From contig CAWBOC010000005.1 in assembly GCA_963790305.1 (NCBI GenBank), positions 833,916 to 897,915 on the forward strand: a stretch of DNA of 64,000 nucleotides, written 5' to 3'. The DNA comes from an uncultured Gemmatimonadaceae bacterium (GTDB lineage: Bacteria; Gemmatimonadota; Gemmatimonadetes; Gemmatimonadales; Gemmatimonadaceae). This document shows, piece after piece, positions 20,260 through 30,174 of the stretch. Positions within the stretch are counted from its first letter, which is position 1; each line of letters begins with the position of its first letter. Position numbers and translations under genes: made by a program. The notes beneath the pieces were generated by a model that saw only the letters and a list, made by a program, of their open reading frames with translations, was not told where the DNA came from and ran no database searches.

Positions 20260-20487
20260 TCAGCGCGTGCGGCGCTGGTGCCCCAGGACGAACCATGCGA
20301 GCGCGCCGACGATCGGCAGGGCGATGACGAGCACCGTCCAGATCACTTTCACCCGCGGCGCGTGATGCCGCCCCAGCCAGATCGAGAGGAGCGCGGCCGC
20401 GCTTCCGATTGCCCACGCCGCGAAGAGCCAGAGTGGCCAGCTTCGGGAGCCGGCCAGCATCGACTCTGCAGGCGGCACCTGCATCAT
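20260..20487 (-). CDS. Small membrane protein (PLDc_N-like)
   Basis: K.IWTVLVIALPIVGALAWFVLG. Confidence 0.75.
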   Translation of the reverse strand: MMQVPPAESMLAGSRSWPLWLFAAWAIGSAAALLSIWLGRHHAPRVKVIWTVLVIALPIVGALAWFVLGHQRRTR

Positions 20488-21443
20488 CGCCGGCGCACTA
20501 CCGACTCTGCCGCGGTGATGATGGCGTCGGCAGTCATGCCGTACTTGCGGAGCAGGTCATCGGGCTTGCCTGATTCCGCATAACGATCACCGAGGTCGAC
20601 GAATTCGATCGGCGCTGGCGCCGTGCGCGCCAGCGTGGACGCGACGACGCTCCCCAGTCCTCCGTGATGCAAGTGCTCCTCGGCCACGACGAACGCCCCT
20701 GTTTCACGTGACGCGCGCGCGAGTGCCTCGGCGTCGATGGGCTTCACGGTGTGCATGTCGAGCACTCGGGCGTTGATGCCACGGTCCGCGAGCTGGTCGG
20801 CGGCGACGAGCGCCTGCGCCACCAGCAAGCCGTTGGCGACGATGGTGAGCGCATCCCCGTCACGCAGGGTGATGGCGCGCCCAAAGGCGAAGTCGAGCGG
20901 AGCCTCGTGAACGATCGCCGCCTTCGGCCGACCCAGTCGCAAATACACCGGCCCCTGGTGTGCGGCGGCCGCGTGCACCGCGGCACTCATCGAAACTTCG
21001 TCGGCCGGAATGCACACGATGAATCCGGGAAGGGCACAGGCGAGCGCGACGTCCTCGACGCTCTGCTGCGAGACACCGTCCTCGCCAATGGAAATGCCAC
21101 CGTGCGACCCCGCGACTTTCACGTTCAGGTGTGGATACGCGGCGCCCATGCGCAGCTGATCGAACCCCTTGCAGAGCACGAACGCGGCGAAGCTGGAGAT
21201 GAAGGGGATCTTCCCGCTCGACGCCAGCCCGGAGGCGATCCCGACCATGTTCGCTTCCTGGATACCGATGTTGAAGAAGCGCTCCGGAAAGTGCTTGCCG
21301 AACGTCCAGCTAAAAGTGGACTTGGCGAGGTCGGCGTCGATGGCGACGACGTCACGGTTCGCGCGGCCGAGCTCGAGAAGCGCGTCGCCGTACGCTTCGC
21401 GCGTGGCGCGACCGATTCTGAGAGTGTACTTCGTTGAGAGCAT
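20484..21443 (-). CDS. Transketolase, C-terminal subunit
   Basis: ATREAYG, DADL, GIQEANMVG, GEDG.S.Q; TTG at 21455 is an alternative start. Confidence 0.92.
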   Translation of the reverse strand: MLSTKYTLRIGRATREAYGDALLELGRANRDVVAIDADLAKSTFSWTFGKHFPERFFNIGIQEANMVGIASGLASSGKIPFISSFAAFVLCKGFDQLRMGAAYPHLNVKVAGSHGGISIGEDGVSQQSVEDVALACALPGFIVCIPADEVSMSAAVHAAAAHQGPVYLRLGRPKAAIVHEAPLDFAFGRAITLRDGDALTIVANGLLVAQALVAADQLADRGINARVLDMHTVKPIDAEALARASRETGAFVVAEEHLHHGGLGSVVASTLARTAPAPIEFVDLGDRYAESGKPDDLLRKYGMTADAIITAAESVVRRR

Positions 21444-21455
21444 TCGCTTGGACAA

Positions 21456-21581
21456 GGTGTCAGGAGTCAGGAGTCAGGGATGAGGGGGTGTCAGGGTCCA
21501 GGTGTGAGGCGGCGGCTCGCGCAACTCCTGAACCCCTCACCCTGACACCCCCTGACCCCTGACTCCTGACTCCTGACCCCC
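21456..21581. repeat. GGAGTCA-heptamer palindrome, copy A2
   Basis: gtcaggagtcaggagtcagggatgagggggtgtcaggg ... ccctgacaccccctgacccctgactcctgactcctgacccc. Confidence 0.92.
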
Positions 21582-22409
21582 ATTCAATTGCGTCAACGCG
21601 ATCTCCAACTGCTCGCGAGTGGGTGCCTTGCCATGAAACTCGTTGTTGTGCTCCATGAACGACACGCCCTTGCCCTTCACGGTGTGCGCAATGATGCAGG
21701 TGGGGCGGCCGCGGTGTTCGCGCGCGGCGTGCAACGCCTCGAGCACCGCCTGAACGTCGTGTCCATCCGTCTCGAGGACATTCCACTTGAATGATTCGAA
21801 CTTCTCGCGCATCGGCTCGAGTGACTGAATGTCCTCGACCGCCCCGTCGAGCTGATACCGGTTGTAGTCGACGATCGCGCACAGCGTGTCGAGCTCGTAG
21901 TTGCCCGCGCACATCGCCGCCTCCCACACCTGCCCTTCCTGACACTCGCCATCGCCCAACACCACGTACGTACGGAAGTGCTTTCCATCGAGGCGGCCGG
22001 CAATGGCGTGCCCAATGCCGATCGATAGCCCCTGGCCGAGGGAGCCGGTGGACGCCTCGATCCCGGGCGCGACGCCCTGCACCGGATGACCCTGCATGCG
22101 AGAGTTCACCTGTCGAAACGTCATCAGCTCGTCGGCCGGGAAATACCCCCGCTCGGCGAGAGCCGCGTAGAGAATGGGAACGCCGTGTCCCTTCGAGAGA
22201 ATGAAGCGGTCCCGATCGGGCCACCCTGGATTGTGTGGATCGTGCTGCAGCACACCGCCGAAATAGAGTGCGGTGACGATCTCCGCGGCCGACAGCGAGC
22301 CGCCCGGGTGACCGCTGTTCGCCGCCGCAATGGCGCGGAGCGCGTTGGCGCGCAACGTTCGCGCAATGGACTCGAGCTGCTCAACGGGGGGCGATGCGGT
22401 CGCGGCCAT
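21537..22409 (-). CDS. Transketolase, N-terminal subunit
   Basis: SGHPGGSLS, RDRFILSKGH, GDGECQEG TPP motif; C-terminal tail is encoded by repeat A2. Confidence 0.93.
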   Translation of the reverse strand: MAATASPPVEQLESIARTLRANALRAIAAANSGHPGGSLSAAEIVTALYFGGVLQHDPHNPGWPDRDRFILSKGHGVPILYAALAERGYFPADELMTFRQVNSRMQGHPVQGVAPGIEASTGSLGQGLSIGIGHAIAGRLDGKHFRTYVVLGDGECQEGQVWEAAMCAGNYELDTLCAIVDYNRYQLDGAVEDIQSLEPMREKFESFKWNVLETDGHDVQAVLEALHAAREHRGRPTCIIAHTVKGKGVSFMEHNNEFHGKAPTREQLEIALTQLNGGQESGVRGQGVSG

Positions 22410-22536
22410 GCGGGATCCGGGCGAAGGAAAGCCTGCGCGTGGAAAGATATTGCCCCGAGGGAAGGGATGCGACTTGGGGGGCGCGGCAAGGACGTCAGAG
22501 GTCAGAATACCGATTTCAGAATTCCTTTGCCGTTCG

Positions 22537-23322
22537 CTAGACTCCGGCGAGGAACTCGCTCAGCACCTGATTGAACGCCGCCGGCCGCTCGACGTTGCTG
22601 ACGTGACCCGCGCCGGGAATGATCTCGAGACGACTTCCGGAGATGGCGGCGTGCATTGCACGCGACTCCTTGGGAGGGGTCAGCGCATCCTCCTCACCCA
22701 CGACGATCAGCGTCGGAACATCAATCGTCGCGAGGGAGGCGGTCGCGTCGGGCCGGTTCATCATCGCTTCCGAGGCACCGACAATGCTGTCCACGCTCGC
22801 GCTCTCGAGCATCGCTCGCATCGTGGCCACGACGGAGGGCTCCCGCTCACGCGTGGATTTGCCGACCATCCCGGGAAGCATCGCGCGCGCGACAGCGGTC
22901 GGCCCCTCGCGCCTGGCGAGCTCGATGGTCTCGCGCCGCTTCTGCTTGCCTTCCTCATTGTCCGCGCCGGCTCGCGTGTCCGAAAGCACGAGTGCCAGCA
23001 CGCGTTCGCGATGCAGACGCCAGAACGCGAGGGTGATGTAGCCGCCCATCGAGAGACCTGCGAGCACCGCTCGCTCGATCTCGAGTGCGTCGAGGAATCG
23101 GGCGAGCCCGTCGGCCCAGCTATCGATGGCGAACCGCTCCGGCATGTCGCTCTCGCCGAAGCCGGGAAGATCGAGTGCGATCGCGCGGCTATGCCCGGAG
23201 AGCGCGCGCAGCTGCGGCGCCCACAGCTTCCGGTGGTGCGGAAAGCCGTGCACGAACACCACTGGGCGTCCCTCGCCCGCGTCATCGTATGCGACGCCGC
23301 GCGTTCCTAGATCGACCCGCAT
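22537..23322 (-). CDS. Alpha/beta hydrolase
   Basis: HGFP, GLSMGG, GEED, AGH. Confidence 0.92.
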   Translation of the reverse strand: MRVDLGTRGVAYDDAGEGRPVVFVHGFPHHRKLWAPQLRALSGHSRAIALDLPGFGESDMPERFAIDSWADGLARFLDALEIERAVLAGLSMGGYITLAFWRLHRERVLALVLSDTRAGADNEEGKQKRRETIELARREGPTAVARAMLPGMVGKSTREREPSVVATMRAMLESASVDSIVGASEAMMNRPDATASLATIDVPTLIVVGEEDALTPPKESRAMHAAISGSRLEIIPGAGHVSNVERPAAFNQVLSEFLAGV

Positions 23323-23359
23323 CGCGACAAAGTGGAGCCCGCGTTCCCCGCGCGGAAGG

Positions 23360-24346
23360 CTACCGCAGCCATCGGGCATCAAACGTCGACCAGAAGAGCG
23401 TCACGCCGTCGGCGGCGCGGGCGACACGCAGGGCGATGGCGAACGCCTTCGCGCTGTAGGTGGCATCGAGCCGCATTCCACTCGCGCGCTCCATGGCCGC
23501 GGCCGCTTCCGTTGCCAGCGGCGATACACGCCCGTATGCCCCAGCGTATGCGTCGTGCACCACCCGAACTGCGTCCGTCCTCACCCGCGGCAGCGCGACC
23601 CCCGTGGTGCGACGAACCCACCGTGCGGTCTCGCGCGCGCGGAGGACGACGCGCGCGCGTCCGGTCGCGATCCGCGGGACCACCCGCGCACCGACCACCT
23701 CCGTCCTCATTCCCGCTGCCGCAAAGCCCAACGCGAGCCCGGCCGCCGTTCCGCCGGTTCCGAGGGGCACCACCACTCGCGTAGGAGCAGGCAGCTCGCC
23801 CGCTTCCACCTGATCCGCCAACTCGAGCGCGGCATTGACGTGTCCGAGAATTCCTCGCGCGGATGTGCCACCGAATGGAATCCACCGGGCTCCCAGCGTC
23901 ATGCGACGCAGGAGCGTGCGGACAATGCCGCCCAGCGCCGATCCGGACGTTTCGACGACGGCGCACTCGGTCAGCGAGCGGCGCGCAACGTCCTCCGATA
24001 TCGGATGCATCTCGTGTCGCCATCGAACCGCGTGCACGCGCGCGTGCAGTCGTGAGGCGTGCACCGCTGTCGCCAGAACGTGCGTCGAGCCTTCACCGCC
24101 GCCGGTGAGCAGCACGTCGCCCGGCTGCACCCCCGCGAGGAGATATTCGAGCGCGCGCACCTTGTTGCCACCGAGCGCCGTGGACGCCAGGTCGTCCCGC
24201 TTGATCCACAGTGGGGCGTCCAGGTCCGGGAAGCGCACCGACTCGACGGGCGTCGGATACTCCCCGAGCGGCACACGCGGGATGCTCGCCAGCGCCGGAT
24301 ATCGCCTGACGAGTGGAATCGGCGGATCCGGACGCCTCCCCGTCAC
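23360..24346 (-). CDS. PLP-dependent D-cysteine desulfhydrase/ACC deaminase family protein
   Basis: IKRDD..GGNKVR.LEY, GTGGTAAG, LD.TYSAKA. Confidence 0.88.
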   Translation of the reverse strand: MTGRRPDPPIPLVRRYPALASIPRVPLGEYPTPVESVRFPDLDAPLWIKRDDLASTALGGNKVRALEYLLAGVQPGDVLLTGGGEGSTHVLATAVHASRLHARVHAVRWRHEMHPISEDVARRSLTECAVVETSGSALGGIVRTLLRRMTLGARWIPFGGTSARGILGHVNAALELADQVEAGELPAPTRVVVPLGTGGTAAGLALGFAAAGMRTEVVGARVVPRIATGRARVVLRARETARWVRRTTGVALPRVRTDAVRVVHDAYAGAYGRVSPLATEAAAAMERASGMRLDATYSAKAFAIALRVARAADGVTLFWSTFDARWLR

Positions 24347-25662
24347 TTTGCGCCGGCCGACGCCTCCTTCGCCTTTTTTTCCTCTTCCTCCACTTCCTCC
24401 GGCAGCACCGCCATGTCGTCACCGACCACGCCTTCGACGTACAGCATCTTCACCGGCACCATGATGGCGCAGAGCAAGGGGACCGCCACCATGAGCCCGA
24501 GGAAGCCGAACAGCAGCGCCATGAGCGCTTGCGAGACGACGGTGAGCGCTGGCGGAATGTTGACGCCGCCCTTCATGAGAAGCGGGATCAGCAGGTGATT
24601 CTCGAGGAACTGGATCGCGCCATACGCGATGGCGACCGCCAGCGCCTTGTCGGGCGAATCGAGGAAGCCCATCGCCACGGCGGGGATCGCGCTGAGCAGG
24701 GGTCCGATCGTCGGCACGAACTCGAGCAGACCGGCGAGCGCGCCTAACGCGAACGCCGCCTTCACGTCCAGCGCCAGCAGGATGATCGTCGTGATCGTGC
24801 CGATGACCAGCATCGCGATGAGCTGCGTCACCAGCCACTTGCGCAGCACCGTCGCCATCGCGCTCAGGACCTCCCCCGCTCGTTTGCGGGCATGATGCGG
24901 AAAGAGGTGCATCAGCCCGCCGTGATACACGTCCGGCTCGGCGGCAATGTAAATGGCGAGGAAGATGATGAGGATGATGCCGGCGAAGACGGCGAAGGTC
25001 GACGTGAGGAATGGGAAGAGGTATTTCGCCACTCCGCTCACCTGCCTGCCGAGGCGATCGCTGAGCGGACCGTCCGGCCGCTGTGCGGCCGTTGCGGCTG
25101 CCGTGTCTCCCCGGGCTGTCTGGGGCGCGGCGGGTTGCTGCGCGGGCCGAACCACCGTGCTCGAGTCGAAAACGATAACGACGGTGTCCGGGCGTGCTCC
25201 GGTCGCTGCACCGGTGGGGGCCGTCTGAGGCGCCTGCGCGACCTCGGTCCCGCCGAGGATGAGTCCGAACATCCCTCGGCGCCGATCGTTGAACCACTCT
25301 TCGACCTTGTCGATCGCCTGCGGCAGCCGGGTGCGTAGCTCGCGCGCCTGCTCGCGCAACGTGGGCGCCATCCACGCACCGAGACCGAACAGGAGTGCGA
25401 AGAACGAGACGACGATGAGCGCCGCTGCTACCCCGCGCGGGATGCGGAAACGCTGAAGCCGGTCCACGCCGCCCTCGACGGCCAGGCCGAACAACACGCC
25501 CAGGAAGACGGTGAGAATCAACGGGTGGGCGAACCAGACGAGCTTGAGGAAGACCCAAAGCCCGGCGAGCAGCACACCGGCGCGCAGAATGTCGCGGCTC
25601 TGCCAGCCGGGAACGCGCCGGCGACGCTCCGGTGCAAGCCCTTCGTCGGTCTTCTGGGTCAT
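24343..25662 (-). CDS. AI-2E (PerM) family transporter
   Basis: LEFVPTIGP, IQFLENHLLIP, G.LG..VAVP. Confidence 0.9.
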   Translation of the reverse strand: MTQKTDEGLAPERRRRVPGWQSRDILRAGVLLAGLWVFLKLVWFAHPLILTVFLGVLFGLAVEGGVDRLQRFRIPRGVAAALIVVSFFALLFGLGAWMAPTLREQARELRTRLPQAIDKVEEWFNDRRRGMFGLILGGTEVAQAPQTAPTGAATGARPDTVVIVFDSSTVVRPAQQPAAPQTARGDTAAATAAQRPDGPLSDRLGRQVSGVAKYLFPFLTSTFAVFAGIILIIFLAIYIAAEPDVYHGGLMHLFPHHARKRAGEVLSAMATVLRKWLVTQLIAMLVIGTITTIILLALDVKAAFALGALAGLLEFVPTIGPLLSAIPAVAMGFLDSPDKALAVAIAYGAIQFLENHLLIPLLMKGGVNIPPALTVVSQALMALLFGFLGLMVAVPLLCAIMVPVKMLYVEGVVGDDMAVLPEEVEEEEKKAKEASAGAK

Positions 25663-25696
25663 CTCGATTCGCTCAGGGGAAGGGTGATGCGGCGCA

Positions 25697-26020
25697 TCAT
25701 CGCGCGCGGAAGTACCAGTAGGCCACGACGTCCTTGGCGATCGGCAGGTCGATGTGTGGCTCCTCCGGGGCGTCGGGCAGCGTGTCCAGGAGCATCGGCA
25801 CGAGGCGCAGGGCGTCGCGCTCGCGACGCATCCGCTCCTCGCGCGGGATGCCTCCCTTCGCTACCGATTGAAGCCGCTCCATCCACCGCCGCACCTCTCT
25901 TTCCACATGTGGCAGCTCATCCGCCGGTATGTCTCGCCAGCGGGCCACCGGCACGCCGTCGATGACGATCGTCCCGTCCCCCCGCGCCACCGTGCGAGGA
26001 TTGAGTGCCTGGTCGTGCAC
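25697..26020 (-). CDS. Hypothetical protein
   Basis: Protein-like ORF co-directional with the downstream operon; start uncertain. Confidence 0.5.
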   Translation of the reverse strand: MHDQALNPRTVARGDGTIVIDGVPVARWRDIPADELPHVEREVRRWMERLQSVAKGGIPREERMRRERDALRLVPMLLDTLPDAPEEPHIDLPIAKDVVAYWYFRAR

Positions 26021-26104
26021 GGGATGATCATGATTCACGCCGGCGGTCGCGCAAGAGACGCGCCCCTTCACTCGCGCAGGCGGCCCGGCGATACTTCGCG
26101 GGTC

Positions 26105-27280
26105 ATGGCTCCGGAATCAACACGCCAGAAGGCCCCTGCAAGGCGAGAGGGCTCCCACCAGCCACTCTGGATCGACAGTCCGGAGCAGCTCGACCGATTC
26201 CTGGAATCGGTCGCGAGCGTTCGCGAGATCGCGATCGACACCGAGGGCGCCAGCTTCCACCGCTTCGTCGATCGCATCTACCTGCTTCAGCTGTCGACCC
26301 GCGACGCCACCGCGGTCGTAGATCCGCTGGCGGTCGGACGGCCCGAACGGCTCGGAGCGCTGCTCGAAGATCAACGCATCGAGAAGGTCCTGCACGATGC
26401 CGATTACGACCTGCGCCTCCTGCACCAGGACTACGGCTGGAACACGCGCAACATCTTCGACACGCGGATTGCGGCGCAGCTCCTCGGGCTCACCGCGTTT
26501 GGGCTCGCCGCGTTGCTCGACAAATACTTCGGCGTGCGGCTCGACAAGAAGCACCAGCGCGCGGACTGGTCGATGCGCCCGCTCACGCAGGGCATGCTCG
26601 ACTACGCGGCGCAGGACACGATGTATCTGCTGGAGCTGCGCGATCGAATGCGCGAAGGGCTGGAGCGCGCCGGTCGTTGGGACTGGGCGCTCGAAGAGTT
26701 CCAGCGCCTCGAGGGATTGCGATGGGAGGATGAGGAGGCTGGCGCAGCGTTTTTTCGGGTGAAGGGCGCGCGCGACCTGTCACGTCGGGAGCTGGCTCGA
26801 CTCCGCGAGCTCGTGCAATGGCGCGACGCCGTGGCCGCGGAGATGGATCGCGCGACGTTCCGCGTGGCGGGCAACGAGGTCCTCCTCGAGGCCGCTCGCC
26901 GCGCGCCTCGCACGGTTCCCGAGCTCCTCGAGATCAAGGGAGTTCCGCGCGCGCTCGCCGAGCGACGCGGGCGCGAGCTGCTCGACGCGATCAAGCGTGG
27001 CGACGCGGTACGAGACGCGGACCTTCCGAAATTCCCGCGCGGGCAGCGTTGGGAGCGCGACGCCGACTTCGAGGAGAACGTGTCCCGACTCAAACGGGTT
27101 CGGGATGACGTCGCGAAGCGGCTTTCGATCGATCCCGGGTTCATGTGCTCGCGCGATCGCCTCGAAGCAATCGTGCGCCGCAAGCCGCAGACGGTTGCGG
27201 ATCTGGCCGACATCAAGGATTTGCGGCGATGGCAGGTGGGGGTGCTTGGCGGGGAGTTCATCGAGGCGATGAAGCGTTAG
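26105..27280 (+). CDS. rnd: Ribonuclease D (DEDDy exonuclease + HRDC domains)
   Basis: IDTE, LHDADYD, FDTRIAA, DWS.RPL, YAAQD. Confidence 0.92.
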   Translation: MAPESTRQKAPARREGSHQPLWIDSPEQLDRFLESVASVREIAIDTEGASFHRFVDRIYLLQLSTRDATAVVDPLAVGRPERLGALLEDQRIEKVLHDADYDLRLLHQDYGWNTRNIFDTRIAAQLLGLTAFGLAALLDKYFGVRLDKKHQRADWSMRPLTQGMLDYAAQDTMYLLELRDRMREGLERAGRWDWALEEFQRLEGLRWEDEEAGAAFFRVKGARDLSRRELARLRELVQWRDAVAAEMDRATFRVAGNEVLLEAARRAPRTVPELLEIKGVPRALAERRGRELLDAIKRGDAVRDADLPKFPRGQRWERDADFEENVSRLKRVRDDVAKRLSIDPGFMCSRDRLEAIVRRKPQTVADLADIKDLRRWQVGVLGGEFIEAMKR

Positions 27281-27282
27281 AA

Positions 27283-27424
27283 GGGGGGTCAGGAGTCAGG
27301 AGTCAGGGGTCAGGGAAGGAAAGGGGCCGCCGCGCTTCGCGCAGGCGGCCCTCATCAAATGAGCGCCGCGGCGAAGCCGCGGCGCTTTCCTTCCCTGACC
27401 CCTGACCCCTGACTCCTGACCCCT
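27283..27424. repeat. GGAGTCA-heptamer palindrome, copy A3
   Basis: ggggtcaggagtcaggagtcaggggtcagggaaggaaag ... ctttccttccctgacccctgacccctgactcctgacccc; inner gccgcggcGAAgccgcggc hairpin; lies between convergent genes. Confidence 0.92.
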
Positions 27425-27425
27425 T

Positions 27426-27764
27426 TCAAATTCCGAGATAGGCTCGAATCCTCGGCTCAATCCGATCCGGCGTCCAGAACGGCGTCCACACCAGATTCAC
27501 CTGCACGTCCTCGACACCGGGGACTGAACGAACCGCCTCTTCCGCGCCGGTCATGATCTCGGGCCCAGACGGACAGCCGGGCGACGTCAGGCTCATGTCG
27601 ATGTTGACCTTGGAGCCGTCGACGCGAACGCCGTAGACCAGACCCAGGTCGACGATGTTCAGGTTGAGCTCCGGATCCTTCACGCGTCGGAGCGCCATTT
27701 TCACTTGCTCTTCGTTCAGCGGCTCGGTGGCGCCGCTCTCGGTCGTCGTCGCGATGTCGGTCAT
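27426..27764 (-). CDS. SufT/DUF59 metal-sulfur cluster assembly factor
   Basis: DPELNLNIVDLGLVY, LTSPGCP, WTP.WTP. Confidence 0.92.
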   Translation of the reverse strand: MTDIATTTESGATEPLNEEQVKMALRRVKDPELNLNIVDLGLVYGVRVDGSKVNIDMSLTSPGCPSGPEIMTGAEEAVRSVPGVEDVQVNLVWTPFWTPDRIEPRIRAYLGI

Positions 27765-27824
27765 TTGCGCTCCTGGTACCGTCACTTCAACATCACCGAT
27801 TGCCCCCGGCCGAACAACCCGTCC

Positions 27825-27861
27825 AAAAAAAACCGAGCGGCCAGCTTGCGCCGGACCGCCC
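27825..27861 (-). terminator. Rho-independent terminator
   Basis: Minus strand gggcggtccggc-GCAA-gctggccgctc, then gg and T8. Confidence 0.7.
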
Positions 27862-27934
27862 GTAACCGCCGTCGAACCCGTCAGGGAGCGAGCAAGCGGA
27901 TCCGTAGTCCGCGCTCACGCGCGGACTCTGAAGC

Positions 27935-29260
27935 CTATGAGCCTGGCTTTGCCGCCGGCTTCTTGGCCGGCGCCTTGACGACCTTCTTCGTCGTCACGCG
28001 GCGTGCGCCGCGGCGGTTCTTCGACGACTTCGAGCGCTGCACGCGCGTCGGGCGATTCCATCCCGAGGCCTTGTCGGCGCGGAACGCGCGCGGCATCGCG
28101 AGCACATGCTGCGGATCGTCCGTGACCGAGAGCGCCGCGAGGTCCGACACGTCGGCGCGAACATCCGAGATCACCTTCGCCGGACGGCGCGCCCGCGCCG
28201 CGTGCACGCGGTTCGTGAAGAGCACGACGAACATCTCGCGGTCGGGATCGATCCAGAGTGAGGTGCCCGTGTAGCCGGTGTGGCCGTACGAGCTGCCGCT
28301 CAGGTAGCTGCCCGAGCCGCCGTCGCCGTCAGCCGTGTCCCAGCCTAACGCACGGGTGCCGGCGGTGCGACGCGTGAACAGCGCGATCGTCGAGTCGGAC
28401 ACGATGCGCACGCCGTTGTACTCGCCGCCATTGAGCATCATCTGCGCGAAGACGGAGATGTCGCTGGCGGTGGAGAACAGCCCGGCGTGGCCGGCGATTC
28501 CACCCAGCGCGTAGGCGTTCTCGTCCGCCACCTCACCGCGCAGCGGATAGCCGCGAGGCGGGTTGACATCGGTCGGGGCAATGCGCGCGCGCAGCGAGTC
28601 GGACGGCCGGAAGAACGTCGACATCATGCCGAGCGGCTCGAACACGCGCTCGCGGAGGAAGCGGTCGAGTCCCACGCCGCTGATGTTCTCGACGACCATG
28701 CCAAGCAGCACCATGCCCAGATCCGAGTACTCGAAGCACACGCCCGGGCGGCACTGGAGCGTCGCGTCGACGACGCCGAGTCGCGCTTCCTGCGGATTCG
28801 TCGCGAGCTTCCAGAGATCGCGACTGGCCGGGAGTCCCGAGCGATGCGTGAGCAGCTGGCGGATCGTGATCGAGTCCTTCCAGCCGCCGGTGAAGGCAGG
28901 GAGATACTCGACCACCCGCGCGTCGAGCGAGACGCGACCTTCGTCATACAGGATCATCAGCGCGGTGGTCGTCCCGATGACCTTCGTCAGCGACGCGAGA
29001 TCGTAGATCGTCGCGTCCGGGTCCACGCGCGAGGCATCCTTCGTCCAGCCCAAACGGCCGTAGCCCTTCGAGAACACCGCGGCCCCGCGGCGCCCAATGA
29101 TCACCGAGGCCCCCGGGAACCCGCCGGCGCGAATGCCGCGACCCACCACGCGATCGATCGCCGCAAGGCGTTTGGCGGACATGCCTACGGCCGCCGGATG
29201 CTTTCCGGGAAGGCCGTCGCCAAAGCCGAACGTGATTGCCGCGAGCAGGGAAACCAGCAC
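27935..29260 (-). CDS. Serine hydrolase (beta-lactamase family)
   Basis: SLTK, LLTH.SG, YSD, HTG; basic C-terminal tail. Confidence 0.9.
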   Translation of the reverse strand: MLVSLLAAITFGFGDGLPGKHPAAVGMSAKRLAAIDRVVGRGIRAGGFPGASVIIGRRGAAVFSKGYGRLGWTKDASRVDPDATIYDLASLTKVIGTTTALMILYDEGRVSLDARVVEYLPAFTGGWKDSITIRQLLTHRSGLPASRDLWKLATNPQEARLGVVDATLQCRPGVCFEYSDLGMVLLGMVVENISGVGLDRFLRERVFEPLGMMSTFFRPSDSLRARIAPTDVNPPRGYPLRGEVADENAYALGGIAGHAGLFSTASDISVFAQMMLNGGEYNGVRIVSDSTIALFTRRTAGTRALGWDTADGDGGSGSYLSGSSYGHTGYTGTSLWIDPDREMFVVLFTNRVHAARARRPAKVISDVRADVSDLAALSVTDDPQHVLAMPRAFRADKASGWNRPTRVQRSKSSKNRRGARRVTTKKVVKAPAKKPAAKPGS

Positions 29261-29552
29261 GTCGTGGCTCCGTAGGTTACGGGACTCGAGCGGTTCTTGG
29301 CGGCCCTGTCAGAAAAGCCGCCATCTGCTTGATCTCACGTGAGATACAAGCGAAGCCCGCCTTATGTTCCGGGCGGGCACTCCATGGGCGAACCGAATGA
29401 CCGAAGGGAAGCCGGTGCACTTGCTCCAACCCGCTGCAGCCGGCTCATTTGAGAGACGAGTGACCTATGTTGCGGTCACCCCGCAACATGCCACAGAATG
29501 AACGGCCGTTCCCCCCCTCCAGCCCCACCAAATCCGTTCGTCGCACAAAAAA

Positions 29553-29578
29553 GGCAACCCTCATACCAAGTCCTCGTG
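29553..29578 (+). promoter_or_regulatory. Putative ECF-sigma autoregulatory promoter
   Basis: GGCAAC-N16-CGTG just upstream of the sigma gene; AAC/CGT pattern typical of ECF promoters. Confidence 0.4.
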
Positions 29579-29601
29579 ACTCATCCCGCAGAGAAGACGG
29601 C

Positions 29602-30174
29602 ATGGAATCGGATCAGCTGCTGATCAGGCGCGCCATCGATGGCGACGAGCGGGCATTGCGACAGCTGTGGTCGCAGTATGCGCCGCGAATCGACGCGGTC
29701 GTCAAACGGCTCGCCGGAGATCCGGATCTCGCCGCGGACATCGCGCAGGATGTGTGGATTCAGATCTTCCGGGCACTGAAGACCTACCGTGGTGATGCCC
29801 AGTTCGGCACATGGGCCCACCGCATCGCCGTCAACCGAACACTCAATGCGCTGCGCAAGGTGCGGCGCCTGGCGAAAGTGGAAATGGATATCGAGGAGGA
29901 CAGCGTGTCGGTCGAGATGGATTCGGACCGGTCGTTCGTCGCCGCCTCGATCGAGGAGGCGGCGCGCAAGCTCCCGGATGGGGCGCGCACGGTATTCCTG
30001 CTGCACGACGTCGAGGGATACACCCACGAGGACATCGCGCGCGAGCTCGGGATCACCCCCGGCGCGTCGAAGTCCCAACTGTTCAAGGCGCGCGCGAAGC
30101 TTCGCCGGCTGCTCGCGCACTTGGTCGATCACCTGCCGGCAACGAGTCGAGCCCATGTCGCACCTGCATCCTGA
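29602..30174 (+). CDS. ECF RNA polymerase sigma factor
   Basis: D..QD..I, F.TW.HRIAVN, EG.THEDIA..LGI..G.SKSQL..AR. Confidence 0.93.
   Translation: MESDQLLIRRAIDGDERALRQLWSQYAPRIDAVVKRLAGDPDLAADIAQDVWIQIFRALKTYRGDAQFGTWAHRIAVNRTLNALRKVRRLAKVEMDIEEDSVSVEMDSDRSFVAASIEEAARKLPDGARTVFLLHDVEGYTHEDIARELGITPGASKSQLFKARAKLRRLLAHLVDHLPATSRAHVAPAS

Noticed and set aside
22491..22523. Half copy of the GACGTCAG repeat
   Set aside because: Only one short degenerate arm, too weak to call.
27860..27900. cgaacccgtcag as SRP RNA or c-di-AMP riboswitch; ggttcga as tRNA/tmRNA
   Set aside because: It lacks the SRP GGAA-loop helix, the other riboswitch elements, and any cloverleaf or CCA end.
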